In this document: piece after piece, positions 28,406-37,484 of the stretch
How positions within the stretch are numbered: position 1 is the first letter of the stretch
How the letters are laid out: each line of letters opens with the position of its first letter
Assembly: GCA_049515155.1 (NCBI GenBank)
Contig: JBEKUK010000004.1
Location: 24,032-88,031, forward strand
DNA: 64,000 bases
Direction: 5' to 3'
Origin: Terracidiphilus sp.
GTDB taxonomy: Bacteria; Acidobacteriota; Terriglobia; Terriglobales; Acidobacteriaceae
Notes under the pieces: model-generated
Told to the model about the DNA's origin: nothing
The model's database searches: none
The model's input: only the letters and a program-made list of their open reading frames with translations
Made by a program: the position numbers and the translations under genes

Positions 28406-29722
28406 ATGGCCCGGCTTCCTTCTCTTTTTTTAGGATCCACGTTGATCCTGTCCCTTCAGCTTGCCGCTTCCGGTCAGCAATTCAAACCAAAATCCATCCA
28501 GTTCAAGGGCGATCCGGAGTTTAGCGATCAGGAGCTTCTCGATGCAGCAGGCCTTCAGCCAGGCAAAATCCTGACCTCCGCCGAGATGGCCGATCACTCC
28601 AAGCGCCTTATGGATTCCGGCGTCTTCGATAATCTCACCTACAAGTTCGACGGACAGGACCTGGTCTATACGCTGACGCCCGCCGAGCATCTTTATCCAA
28701 TCCGGCTTGAGAACCTGCCGCTCGATGCTGGACCGGAACTCGATGCGAAGCTGCACCAAAAACTCCCGCTCTATCATGGCAAAGTTCCTTCCGAGGGCAC
28801 GCTCCTGGATGACGTACGCGCCGCGCTCGCGGAGATTGTCGCTGCGCAGGGCGCGCAGATTTCGATCACCGCTACGCCTTTCGGGCAAGCGAACTCGCGC
28901 AACATCAAGGCAATGAGTTTCTCCATCGCCTCACCTCCGGTCCATACCATCGTGATTCATATCGAGGGTGTTGCTGCAGCAGACGAGGGCAAGGTGAGGG
29001 CACTCCTCGCGGAAAGTGCCAAAATCCCTTTCGACAGCGAACATGCGAGCGGAAATCTGGAACAGTCAATCGGGTCCTTTTACGTGGACAAAGGATACGC
29101 GGGAGCCAAAGTGTCGGCGGCGCGCGTGGGCGACCTTCGCGTTGAACCGGGGGAACTCATCGTGCCGTACTCCATCAACATTGAACAGGGACCGCCATAC
29201 AAATTGGGAACCGTTCACCTGCCGGAGGGTACTCTTATGGCTCAGGACGAGGCGGACAGGCTTCTCGCTCCCACACCCGGGGGACCCGTCGACGGCGTTC
29301 GCGTGCGCAATCTGTGGGGGATTCTTTCCAGGCGATATCGCGCCAAGGGCTACCTCGACTGCAAAATCGACCCCCATCCTGCGCTCGACACCGAGGCAGG
29401 AGTCGTCAATTACACCGTGGACGTGACTCCAGGAGCTGTTTATCATCTGGGCTTTGTGAAATTCGACAATGTCGGCGATCAGCTGCGCAACTTGCTGATC
29501 AAGAACTGGCAGCTGCTCCCAGGGGATCCGTTCGATGAGTCGTATGTCTCCGACTTCATCATGAAGGCGCAAAAATCTGACCCCGTTTTAATGAGAACCC
29601 TCGCCGGTGTTCGTTCAAAGCTCGACGTGACGGCCGATCCCCAAACCCACGAAGTCAACGTGGTTCTCCGGCTGGAGAAGCCGCAGCCAGTGGCCGGGGC
29701 GGGCAGCGTACATTCGCAGTAA
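28406..29722 (+). CDS. Secreted POTRA-repeat protein with no recognisable beta-barrel
   Basis: Signal peptide, then IQFKGDPEFSDQELLDAAGLQPGKILTSAEMADHSKRLMDSGVFDNLTYKFDGQDLVYTL (POTRA-like). Later repeats follow, e.g. YHLGFVKFDNVGDQLRNLLIKNWQLLPGDPFDESYV. The protein ends at 438 aa with no Omp85-type barrel. Confidence 0.72.
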   Translation: MARLPSLFLGSTLILSLQLAASGQQFKPKSIQFKGDPEFSDQELLDAAGLQPGKILTSAEMADHSKRLMDSGVFDNLTYKFDGQDLVYTLTPAEHLYPIRLENLPLDAGPELDAKLHQKLPLYHGKVPSEGTLLDDVRAALAEIVAAQGAQISITATPFGQANSRNIKAMSFSIASPPVHTIVIHIEGVAAADEGKVRALLAESAKIPFDSEHASGNLEQSIGSFYVDKGYAGAKVSAARVGDLRVEPGELIVPYSINIEQGPPYKLGTVHLPEGTLMAQDEADRLLAPTPGGPVDGVRVRNLWGILSRRYRAKGYLDCKIDPHPALDTEAGVVNYTVDVTPGAVYHLGFVKFDNVGDQLRNLLIKNWQLLPGDPFDESYVSDFIMKAQKSDPVLMRTLAGVRSKLDVTADPQTHEVNVVLRLEKPQPVAGAGSVHSQ

Positions 29723-29770
29723 ACCGATACAGTCGGCTGTTTGTGTCCGTTTCTGTACTAAGCTCGTCTC

Positions 29771-30367
29771 ATGCTTCCCCAAGTTATGCAACACATGTTT
29801 CAGTTGCCGCTTCCTGTGCTCGAGAAGCTGGCGCGGCCGGTCGTTGTCTACCTCGTCCTGGTCGTGCTCTTGCGCATCTTCGGCAAACGCGAATTGGCGC
29901 AGCTTAATCCCTTCGACCTCGTGGTGCTTCTGTCGCTCTCAAATACAGTGCAGAACGCGATCATCGGTGACGACAATTCGGTGACCGGAGGCATCATCGG
30001 AGCCTTCGGGCTACTCGCCATCAACTGGATTGTGGTCAGGATCCTTTTCCGGTCGGGGCGGTTGACCCGAATGTTGGAGGGGCGCTCTGCTGTGCTGATT
30101 CGCAATGGCCAGCTCGATGCGAAGGCCATCAATCGCGAAGCACTCACCCGGGAAGAGTTGCTTTCCGTAATTCATCGCCAGGGCTTTGAGGGGTTTCACC
30201 AGGTGCGTTGCTGCGAACTGGAGCCGAATGGCACCTTCTATGTGGAAGCGTTCGAACCCTCTGTCGACGACAAGCGCCACACAGAGTTGATTGCACGACT
30301 GGAATCGCTTACTCGCGAAGTCGCTGCGCTCCATCTCAGAACAGGCACCCCCCTCGAGGGCCAATAA
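29771..30367 (+). CDS. DUF421 (YetF-like) membrane protein
   Basis: RIFGKRELAQLNPFDLVVLLSLSNTVQNAIIGDDNSVTGG is the characteristic DUF421 core. Confidence 0.8.
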   Translation: MLPQVMQHMFQLPLPVLEKLARPVVVYLVLVVLLRIFGKRELAQLNPFDLVVLLSLSNTVQNAIIGDDNSVTGGIIGAFGLLAINWIVVRILFRSGRLTRMLEGRSAVLIRNGQLDAKAINREALTREELLSVIHRQGFEGFHQVRCCELEPNGTFYVEAFEPSVDDKRHTELIARLESLTREVAALHLRTGTPLEGQ

Positions 30368-30416
30368 CCCGATATTGCTGGCCGCAAAGAATGAGAATAT
30401 TTCTGTTGCGGATATA

Positions 30417-30432
30417 TCCGCAGTGGATATAT
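30417..30432. promoter_or_regulatory. Candidate PadR operator (perfect 16-bp palindrome)
   Basis: tgcggatatatccgca is its own reverse complement. It lies 10 nt upstream of the PadR ATG and is followed by a partial repeat, gtggatatat. Confidence 0.4.
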
Positions 30433-30441
30433 AGTGCATTC

Positions 30442-30825
30442 ATGGCAACCATAGTTCCGCAAAGAACGCCCCCCACGTCTGCCGTATTCGCCATCCTGCT
30501 TTCCCTTGCGGAAGAATCCGAACCGGGCTCCCGTAACGGCAGGCGCTCCGCGAACGGCAAGCACGGATATCAGATCATGAAGGATGTGCGGATGCCTGCC
30601 GGCGGCAGCGTCAAGATGGGCCCTGGCACGCTCTACGGCTCGCTCGACCGCATGATGCGCGACGGCCTGGTGGAAGAAACCGGCATGACTGACGACGAGC
30701 GTCGCCGCTACTACCGGTTGACGCGTCTGGGCGAATCCGTTTTGGCCTCGGAACTGAACCGCCTCGATGCCGCCGTCAGCTCGGCTCGTTCTCTGGGTCT
30801 TCTTCCGCAAGGAGGCCGATCATGA
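30442..30825 (+). CDS. PadR family transcriptional regulator
   Basis: HGYQIMKDV...GPGTLYGSLDRMMRDGLVEE......RRRYYRLTRLGESVL is the PadR winged-helix signature. Confidence 0.88.
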   Translation: MATIVPQRTPPTSAVFAILLSLAEESEPGSRNGRRSANGKHGYQIMKDVRMPAGGSVKMGPGTLYGSLDRMMRDGLVEETGMTDDERRRYYRLTRLGESVLASELNRLDAAVSSARSLGLLPQGGRS

Positions 30826-31637
30826 AACCACTCAAGACACAAGACGAACGTCTCATCAGGGCTTACAGTCGGGCACTTCATTTGTATCCAGCGGGGTTTC
30901 GGAAACGCAATGCAGAGGCAATGCTGCGGACGTTCCGCGATGCGGTCGAAGACGACGATCTTGTACGCCGTGACCTGGTTGCGCTCACAGTAACGGATCT
31001 TTGCATTTCACTGGTCAAGGAGCATCTCGCCATGCTGCGCGATACGTTTGCCCGTCCGGTTCTTGTCTATAACGCGGTTGTATTGGCCGCTCTCTCCACC
31101 GGCCTCGCGCTGGCGCTCTACGCGATTCCACAGCAGGTTCTGCGCCAGGGCGCCAACGACCCGCAGATCCAGATGTCGACAGATTTGGCGGCTATCCTTA
31201 ACCGATATGGCGTCACAGACGGGTTGCACCAGGGCGCGCTTCTTCAGAGCGGCGGGGTTGTCGACATGGGCCAAAGCCTTTCGCCCTTCCTCATCGTGTA
31301 CGACGATCAAGGCCATGCACTCGGCTCCAACGCCCAACTCAACGGCCAGACGCCGGCGCCACCCCAAGGCGTCTTCGACTTTGTTCGCAGCCATGGGGAG
31401 GAACGGGTCACGTGGGAGCCGATTCCGCATTCCCACGCAGTGCGTATCGCGGCAGTTGTCGAACGCGTCAACGGACCTCAGCCCGGATTTGTGCTGGCGG
31501 GTCGCAGCATGCGGGAAGTCGAAGCGCGCATTGCGCAAGTCAGCCAGATGGCCCGTTTCACCTGGTTCGGTATGCTGGGAGTTATTGCGCTTGGGACGGC
31601 AATGTTCGGTTGGTACACGCGGCCCCGGGCGGAGTAG
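30822..31637 (+). CDS. PadR-coupled membrane protein with a permease-prefix-like N-terminus
   Basis: ATGA overlap with the padR stop. The N-terminus YSRALHLYPAGFRKRNAEAMLRTFRD resembles the prefix seen on PadR-linked acidobacterial permeases (from memory). There are two hydrophobic segments but no FtsX-type body. Confidence 0.62.
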   Translation: MKPLKTQDERLIRAYSRALHLYPAGFRKRNAEAMLRTFRDAVEDDDLVRRDLVALTVTDLCISLVKEHLAMLRDTFARPVLVYNAVVLAALSTGLALALYAIPQQVLRQGANDPQIQMSTDLAAILNRYGVTDGLHQGALLQSGGVVDMGQSLSPFLIVYDDQGHALGSNAQLNGQTPAPPQGVFDFVRSHGEERVTWEPIPHSHAVRIAAVVERVNGPQPGFVLAGRSMREVEARIAQVSQMARFTWFGMLGVIALGTAMFGWYTRPRAE

Positions 31638-31642
31638 CGGAC

Positions 31643-32032
31643 CTATCGAAGCATCTCCAACCTGGCCCCGACTGGCATTTTCGCCCAGATCTTGTCTGTC
31701 GTCCAAGCCGGGGCGTCCAGGTTTATGGCCAACGCAAGGCAGGCACGATCTCCGAGAGAAATATCAGGGCAGCGTTTCGCCAAAGCGGCAACCTGCTCCG
31801 CTTCGCCCTCGCCGAAGGGTACAACCGCGACTCCGGGCAATATAGCCTTCAATTTCTGCGGCGACATGATTGGGCTTTTCTGGCTGAGCTTCACCAGGAC
31901 TTCGCACAAGTTTACGGCGCTGATCGATATCGACAACAACGACGAAACGATAGCCTCATGAACTTTGGCGCCGCCAGGCTCGCCATACACCATCGCGAGA
32001 ACCGCCGAAGAGTCGAGCACGATGCTAGTCAT
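31643..32032 (-). CDS. vapC: PIN-domain toxin (VapC family)
   Basis: MTSIVLDSSAVLA (acidic residue 1), NLCEV, and GDRACLALA (later acidic residues). About 129 aa, overlapping the antitoxin gene by 8 nt. Confidence 0.85.
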   Translation of the reverse strand: MTSIVLDSSAVLAMVYGEPGGAKVHEAIVSSLLSISISAVNLCEVLVKLSQKSPIMSPQKLKAILPGVAVVPFGEGEAEQVAALAKRCPDISLGDRACLALAINLDAPAWTTDKIWAKMPVGARLEMLR

Positions 32033-32285
32033 TGTCGGGCTGTTCGCGGCGCGCCTCTTCACGACGTTCCTCCAGGAACTCGTCGAGAAGGCCGTCAAGG
32101 CTTCCGCGTTCTGCGATGATCGAATCCCTGATTTCTTTGAGAGCCATCTGCATGCTCAAGATTTCAATGTGGCTGTCCTTCACGATGACGGTCAAACGGT
32201 CTCCAGTCTTGAGATCGAACTGATTGCGTATGCTGGCCGGAAGAACGATTCTGCCGCTTTCCCCGAGAACTACCGTATCGGTCAT
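32025..32285 (-). CDS. vapB: AbrB/SpoVT-type antitoxin (VapB family)
   Basis: MTDTVVLGESGRIVLPASIRNQFDLKTGDRLTVIV is a swapped-hairpin AbrB-like fold motif. The tail is acidic, and the gene sits directly upstream of vapC. Confidence 0.8.
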   Translation of the reverse strand: MTDTVVLGESGRIVLPASIRNQFDLKTGDRLTVIVKDSHIEILSMQMALKEIRDSIIAERGSLDGLLDEFLEERREEARREQPDND

Positions 32286-32445
32286 ATTTTGCCACTCCAG
32301 CATCATTATGGCATATTCCGAAAGCCATGGCATATTTGAGGGATCTGGCGCCCGCAATTTATTCCTATTTTCAGTTTGGAGATGAAGATCTACGCAAATC
32401 CGGCAAGAATGGCGGCGAATCTGCGCCCGCCTCGACGGACAGTCC

Positions 32446-33996
32446 TCACTCCCACTCGATGGTGCCGGGGGGTTTTGAGGTGATGTCGTAGACGACGCGG
32501 TTGATGCCGCGGACCTCGTTGACGATGCGGCTGGAGATGCGCTTGAGGACCTCGTAGGGGAGCGGCGTCCAGTCGGCGGTCATGCCGTCTTCGGAATGGA
32601 CGGCCCGGACGGCGCAAGTGTAGGCGTAAGTCCGCTGGTCGCCCATTACGCCCACCGTCATTACGGGGAGCAGCACAGCGAAGCTCTGCCAGATTTTGTT
32701 GTAGAGGCCGGCAGCCTTGATTTCCGCGACCACGATCTCGTCGGCCTCTTGCAGCAGGGCGACGCGGTCGGCGGTCACTTCGCCGAGGATGCGGACAGCA
32801 AGGCCGGGGCCGGGAAATGGCTGACGTCCGAGAACGTCTTCAGGCATGCCGAGGTCCCGTCCGATGCGGCGCACTTCGTCTTTGAAGAGATCGCGCAGCG
32901 GCTCAATGAGTTTCAGTTTCATGCCCAGCGGTAATCCGCCCACGTTGTGGTGGCTTTTGATGGTCTGGCTCGGCCCTTTAACGCTGCTCGACTCGATTAC
33001 GTCGGGGTAGAGGGTGCCTTGAACGAGCCAGTCGACGCCGCCGGTATCTTTAGCGATGCGCTGAGCTTCGTCGTCGAAGACTGCGATGAACTCTGCGCCA
33101 ATGCGCTTGCGCTTGGTTTCAGGATCGGTAACGCCGGCCAGTTGCGCCAGGAAGCGCTGGCCGGCATCGACGGCCACGATATTCAGGCCGAGCTTCTCGC
33201 GCAGGTTCTTCTGGACGCTGGCAAATTCGTTTTTGCGCAGTACGCCGTTGTTTACGAAGATGCAGGTGAGCTGGCTGCCGATGGCCTTGTGGACCAGCAT
33301 GGCCGCAACCGACGAGTCTACGCCGCCGGAGAGCCCGCAGATCACGTGCCCGGCGCCGACTTTGGCGCGAATCGCTTCTACTGTGGTCTGTATGAAATGC
33401 GCCGGCGTCCAATCGCCGGATGCGCCGCAGATGTTGAAGACAAAGTTGCGGATCAGTTGCGGGCCAAGTGGGGTGTGGTGCACCTCGGGGTGAAACTGCA
33501 CGGCCCAGATGCGGCGCTGTTCGTCGGCGATACCGGCGAGCGCGTTCGAGGTGATAGCCGTGCGATGGAAGCCGACGGGCAGAGTTTCGGCTTCGTCGCC
33601 ATGACTCATCCACACCTGCATGGTGGTGGGCAAGCCGGCAAAGAGCGCGCACGAAGCGTCTTCAATGGTTACCTGCGCATGGCCGTACTCGCGCAGCACG
33701 CCTGGCTTCACCTTGCCGCCAAGGTGATGCACGATGAAGTGCAGTCCGTAGCAGATGCCGAGCACGGGTACGCCGAGGTGCAGGATTGCCGTATCCGCGT
33801 CGGGCGCATCGGCGTCGTAGACCGACGACGGCCCCCCCGAGAGAATCACGCCGATTGGATTGTGGCTTCGGATGTCTTCGAGCGGAGCAGTGCAGGGAAG
33901 CACCACCGAGAAGACGTTTTGCTCACGGATGCGGCGCGCAATCAGCTGCGTGTACTGCGAGCCAAAGTCGAGAATGACGATTGTCTGGGTGTGCAC
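32446..33996 (-). CDS. guaA: GMP synthase (glutamine-hydrolysing)
   Basis: [20 protein letters not shown]; GICYG glutamine amidotransferase site; [15 protein letters not shown]-loop; C-terminus PPGTIEWE. Confidence 0.96.
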   Translation of the reverse strand: MHTQTIVILDFGSQYTQLIARRIREQNVFSVVLPCTAPLEDIRSHNPIGVILSGGPSSVYDADAPDADTAILHLGVPVLGICYGLHFIVHHLGGKVKPGVLREYGHAQVTIEDASCALFAGLPTTMQVWMSHGDEAETLPVGFHRTAITSNALAGIADEQRRIWAVQFHPEVHHTPLGPQLIRNFVFNICGASGDWTPAHFIQTTVEAIRAKVGAGHVICGLSGGVDSSVAAMLVHKAIGSQLTCIFVNNGVLRKNEFASVQKNLREKLGLNIVAVDAGQRFLAQLAGVTDPETKRKRIGAEFIAVFDDEAQRIAKDTGGVDWLVQGTLYPDVIESSSVKGPSQTIKSHHNVGGLPLGMKLKLIEPLRDLFKDEVRRIGRDLGMPEDVLGRQPFPGPGLAVRILGEVTADRVALLQEADEIVVAEIKAAGLYNKIWQSFAVLLPVMTVGVMGDQRTYAYTCAVRAVHSEDGMTADWTPLPYEVLKRISSRIVNEVRGINRVVYDITSKPPGTIEWE

Positions 33997-34029
33997 TCTC
34001 TAGTGTGGCAGGGCCGCGCAGGGCGTGGC

Positions 34030-34130
34030 AAGCACCTGCGGTGCGGCAGACGCTCGCTCTTCGCTCGCAAGGACATTTGGGCTTGCCCCGGTCCGCAAAT
34101 ACGAGGCACCTGGAGCACCAATTTCCAGCC
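34030..34130. repeat. REP/BIME-like intergenic repeat (locus 2, partly degenerate)
   Basis: cacctgcggtgcggcagacgctcgctcttcgctcgca matches the module ccacctgcggtggggcagacgctcgct....cgctcgca seen at 49.8 kb and 63.6-63.8 kb. Confidence 0.5.
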
Positions 34131-34155
34131 TGCCCAAAGGGCTGAAGAGGCGGGT

Positions 34156-35172
34156 TCATTCGCCGGAGAAGGGATTTGTCTCGTGCGGCTTCAGGGCTGT
34201 CGGGTCGGGAGCAGCATTCGGCTCGTGGACGGCGCGGTTGGGGACGGGCGCATCTTCGGTGCCGCCAAAAGTCCGGAAGACCCGGTTCGGGTCGCCTGGC
34301 AAAAGGTGATTCTGTTCCAGGCTCAGACGCACACGGCGGCGGAATTCACGGACCGGGGCGTATTGCTGGTTGGCCAGCGTCTTGAAGACGACGGGGAAGA
34401 TCATTTCGGAGCCTTTGACTGCGTCGACGCCGAGAATCTGTGGGTCTGCGACAAAAACGGACTTGAATTGATCGCTGCTGCGAATCTCCATCGCTGTTGC
34501 TTTGAGCAGCTTCATTACTTCGTCGGGATTAGCTGAGAAGTCGACGCTGACGTTGATGGTGGCGACCGAGTAGCCAACGCTGAGATTGGCTACGGTTGTG
34601 ATCTGCGAGTTGGGAATGACGTAAAGCGTACCGTCACCATCGCGCACGGTGGTTTTGCGGAGGGTCATTCCCTCCACGGCGCCAGTCAGGCCAGCTACGC
34701 GAACCGTGTCGCCAACGTTGAACTGGTCTTCAATCAGGATGAGCACGCCGTTGAGCATGTCTTTGACAATGTTCTGGGCGGCGAGGCCGATGGCAATGCC
34801 GGCGACACCGGCCGAGGCGAGGAGGGGAGCCAGGTTGACCCCCAGGGCGGCGAGGAACTGCAAACCGGCAATGAGCCCGATAATTGCCAGGCCGGTGGTG
34901 CGGATGACGCCGGAAAGAGTGCGCACCTGACCCACCCGCTCAGGCGCGGCTGCATGGCGCTCGGCCGCGCGCACCATATTCGTGGTAATCATGCGCAATA
35001 ACCTGCTCAGGATAAAGGCGATAAGAGCAACTACGAGCAGGTGTGGCACTTTGGTGCGAATGAACTCTTGAGTGTCGTAAATCCACTCATCAAGAACTTT
35101 GCCGAGAAATCGGCCTTCGGCAAACAGGCCCGATCTCGATGCAACCAAAACTGCACTTAAAAAAGGGTGCAT
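34156..35172 (-). CDS. Mechanosensitive ion channel family protein (MscS-like)
   Basis: TM helices followed by LILIEDQFNVGDTVRVAGLTGAVEGMTLRKTTVRDGDGTLYVIPNSQI, the MscS beta-domain signature. Confidence 0.88.
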   Translation of the reverse strand: MHPFLSAVLVASRSGLFAEGRFLGKVLDEWIYDTQEFIRTKVPHLLVVALIAFILSRLLRMITTNMVRAAERHAAAPERVGQVRTLSGVIRTTGLAIIGLIAGLQFLAALGVNLAPLLASAGVAGIAIGLAAQNIVKDMLNGVLILIEDQFNVGDTVRVAGLTGAVEGMTLRKTTVRDGDGTLYVIPNSQITTVANLSVGYSVATINVSVDFSANPDEVMKLLKATAMEIRSSDQFKSVFVADPQILGVDAVKGSEMIFPVVFKTLANQQYAPVREFRRRVRLSLEQNHLLPGDPNRVFRTFGGTEDAPVPNRAVHEPNAAPDPTALKPHETNPFSGE

Positions 35173-35331
35173 CCTAAACTCCTGTTTCTAGACTAGACTG
35201 TGCGCAGGCAGAGCCAGGCTGTATTCACACCGGCGCAGGGGCTGGAGAGCGTGAGGCCTGGCTGGTGGCAACGGTGGCGTTCTGCAGGACAAAATCCAAA
35301 TCCGGCACCGGTGCACCTCAGGAGTTTTTCG

Positions 35332-35796
35332 ATGCAGCCGATTCGTGATCCTTTCCCCGACATGGGCCAAATACGGACGGCGAGACGTGCCGCCCACAGA
35401 CCGGCGAAGGTTTTTCTGGTAATCGGTTTGCTTTGCGTGTCGTCGATGTTGGCAGGCGCCCAGAACAATACTCAAACTCCTCTGTCGCCACCACCTCCCA
35501 GGCCTACGGGTGTGCTTTTGCCGGAGGTCAACCGCTTGCCGGACGCGAACCAGCAGATGGAGATGCGGGAGCAGCAAAGCAAATCGCAGAACTATGCAGC
35601 CGCGAACGCCTTGCGCAAAAAGCAGATCGCAGACGATACGGAAAAGCTGGTCAAACTGACCGCCGATTTGAAGGTTGAGGTCGACAAGGCAAGCAAGGAC
35701 ACGCTCTCGTTATCTGTGATCCGCAAGGCCGATGAAATTGAGCGTCTGGCGCATAACATCAAGGAAAAAATGAAGCTGACGCCGGGCCCGGGTTGA
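35332..35796 (+). CDS. Small signal-anchored protein, tandem family member 1 of 4
   Basis: AGGAG RBS before ATG 35332. Basic N-terminus plus hydrophobic segment VFLVIGLLCVSSMLAGAQ, then a Q/N/P linker. Conserved tail AAANALRKKQIADDTEKLVKLTADLKVEVDKASKDTLSLSVIRKADEIERLAHNIKEKMKL. Confidence 0.72.
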   Translation: MQPIRDPFPDMGQIRTARRAAHRPAKVFLVIGLLCVSSMLAGAQNNTQTPLSPPPPRPTGVLLPEVNRLPDANQQMEMREQQSKSQNYAAANALRKKQIADDTEKLVKLTADLKVEVDKASKDTLSLSVIRKADEIERLAHNIKEKMKLTPGPG

Positions 35797-35851
35797 TCGT
35801 CATTGTCGTTTTCTAAAGCCATCATCACGCAATGGATGCAAGGAGGATTCC

Positions 35852-36271
35852 GTGCAGCAAAGCAAAACGCGAACGCGATGGGCGAAGCGGAACTCGGGAT
35901 TAACGGCGTTCCTCATTGCCGGGGGTGTCCTGCTGGCTGCCGGGCAAAATCAACAGAACGGCCAGCAATCGAGCAACAGCCAGCCGCCGGGCCAACCCAG
36001 CCCGGATCGAGCCTGGACCGCCAGCGGGCCGGTAGCCTTCACGCCGAATCAAGCTGATAGACAGAATTTCGATGCCGCCAATCTGGAGCGCAGAAAACAG
36101 CTTGCGGATGACAGTGCGAAGCTGCTCAAGCTGGCTACGGATCTGAAAACCGAGGTCGACAAAACGACCAAGGATACGCTCTCGCTCAGCGTTATCCGCA
36201 AGGCGGATGAGATCGAAAAACTGGCCCACAGTGTGAAAGAGAAGATGAGACTCACCGCGGGGGCGAACTGA
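35852..36271 (+). CDS. Small signal-anchored protein, tandem family member 2 of 4
   Basis: AGGAGG RBS 5 nt before GTG 35852. Tail DAANLERRKQLADDSAKLLKLATDLKTEVDKTTKDTLSLSVIRKADEIEKLAHSVKEKMRL closely matches member 1. Confidence 0.75.
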   Translation: MQQSKTRTRWAKRNSGLTAFLIAGGVLLAAGQNQQNGQQSSNSQPPGQPSPDRAWTASGPVAFTPNQADRQNFDAANLERRKQLADDSAKLLKLATDLKTEVDKTTKDTLSLSVIRKADEIEKLAHSVKEKMRLTAGAN

Positions 36272-36304
36272 GGGCGATTTGCCCGCTGCACGGTTAGGAT
36301 TGCC

Positions 36305-36766
36305 ATGCGCGATTGGCGAAACATACATCGGGGTTCTGCTTCAGGCGAGCGCAAGGCTGCTCGCATTCTGCGAAAGCCGCGAAGGTCCCTGCTCGCTGCC
36401 GTCCTTTTTGTCGTTGGGGCTCTTGCGGCGGTTGGGCAGAATCCCGCCACACCGGGCGGGGCGCTACGCACGGATCGTATCGACCTTCCGACACCAATCA
36501 ACCAGCCGCCCGATGCCGTTGAGCAAACGAGAATTATGGATCGGGCTTCGAAAACAAAAACTTACGCTGCGGCCAATGCCGAACGCAGGAGACGCATTAC
36601 TGAAGGCACGGCGAAGCTGCTCAAACTCGCCGGAGAACTTAAATCGGAATTGAGAAGAGCTACGGACGAACCTCTTTTTCCCGACCTGGTTCGCAAACTG
36701 GACGAGATGGAAACCACGGCACACAACGTGAAGGAAGAAATGGAGCTCACCGTCCGCGCCAACTGA
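36305..36766 (+). CDS. Small signal-anchored protein, tandem family member 3 of 4
   Basis: Anchor SLLAAVLFVVGALAAVGQ. Tail AAANAERRRRITEGTAKLLKLAGELKSELRRATDEPLFPDLVRKLDEMETTAHNVKEEMEL is a more diverged version of the family tail. Confidence 0.68.
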   Translation: MRDWRNIHRGSASGERKAARILRKPRRSLLAAVLFVVGALAAVGQNPATPGGALRTDRIDLPTPINQPPDAVEQTRIMDRASKTKTYAAANAERRRRITEGTAKLLKLAGELKSELRRATDEPLFPDLVRKLDEMETTAHNVKEEMELTVRAN

Positions 36767-36810
36767 TCCGCTGGACACGAACAGTATTTGCTTCACAATT
36801 GAGACCAAGG

Positions 36811-37272
36811 ATGATGCTTTCATTTCTGATCCGATCGTCATCGAAAGGCTCGAGCCTGGGGCGAAATCCGGGTGCGCTTGTGCTCGTGATTGCGATGGGT
36901 TTTGCGTTTTATCCGATCGCGGTGGGCGGCAGGCAAGTGCAGCGTAACCCAGTCTTCCAGCTACCCGGCTCCACCGCTCCGGGGACTTTAGAAGATCCCA
37001 ACGGAGACAACGACGTCGATGCGGAGCGCCTGCTCAACGTGCTGAATGCCGAGCGCCAAAAGTCGATGGTTTCCGATACCGATAAGCTACTCCGCCTGGT
37101 GAACAACCTGAATGGTGAGATCGAGCGCAACGACCCGGGTGTGCTTTCGTCCAATCAGTTGCGCAAAGTTGCAGAGATCGAAAAGCTGGCGCACACCATC
37201 AAAGACAAGATGAGTTATTCCGTGCGGGGTACGGCTCCCTATCGGCCTCCCCCACCGCTGCTCAAGCGATAA
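36811..37272 (+). CDS. Small signal-anchored protein, tandem family member 4 of 4
   Basis: Anchor ALVLVIAMGFAFYPIAVGG. Tail LNAERQKSMVSDTDKLLRLVNNLNGEIERNDPGVLSSNQLRKVAEIEKLAHTIKDKM. The start is uncertain (TTG 36799, ATG 36811 or 36814). Confidence 0.65.
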   Translation: MMLSFLIRSSSKGSSLGRNPGALVLVIAMGFAFYPIAVGGRQVQRNPVFQLPGSTAPGTLEDPNGDNDVDAERLLNVLNAERQKSMVSDTDKLLRLVNNLNGEIERNDPGVLSSNQLRKVAEIEKLAHTIKDKMSYSVRGTAPYRPPPPLLKR

Positions 37273-37484
37273 TGTTGCGGGTCTAGCGATTGTCGCGGTA
37301 CTGGGGCAAGGCCGGCACTTTTCGATTCCGGATCGGATTGCTACAATCAGTTTGGCTTTTTTGAAATAGACGGTGTTTTGGGGCGGAAACAAGCCCAAAT
37401 ACCACGTGCAAGGGGCTTGAGGGGATCCTGGCGAGTGTCATGTGCCGGATTCGCAAGGGCCTGTGGAACTAAGGTTTTTGGAGA

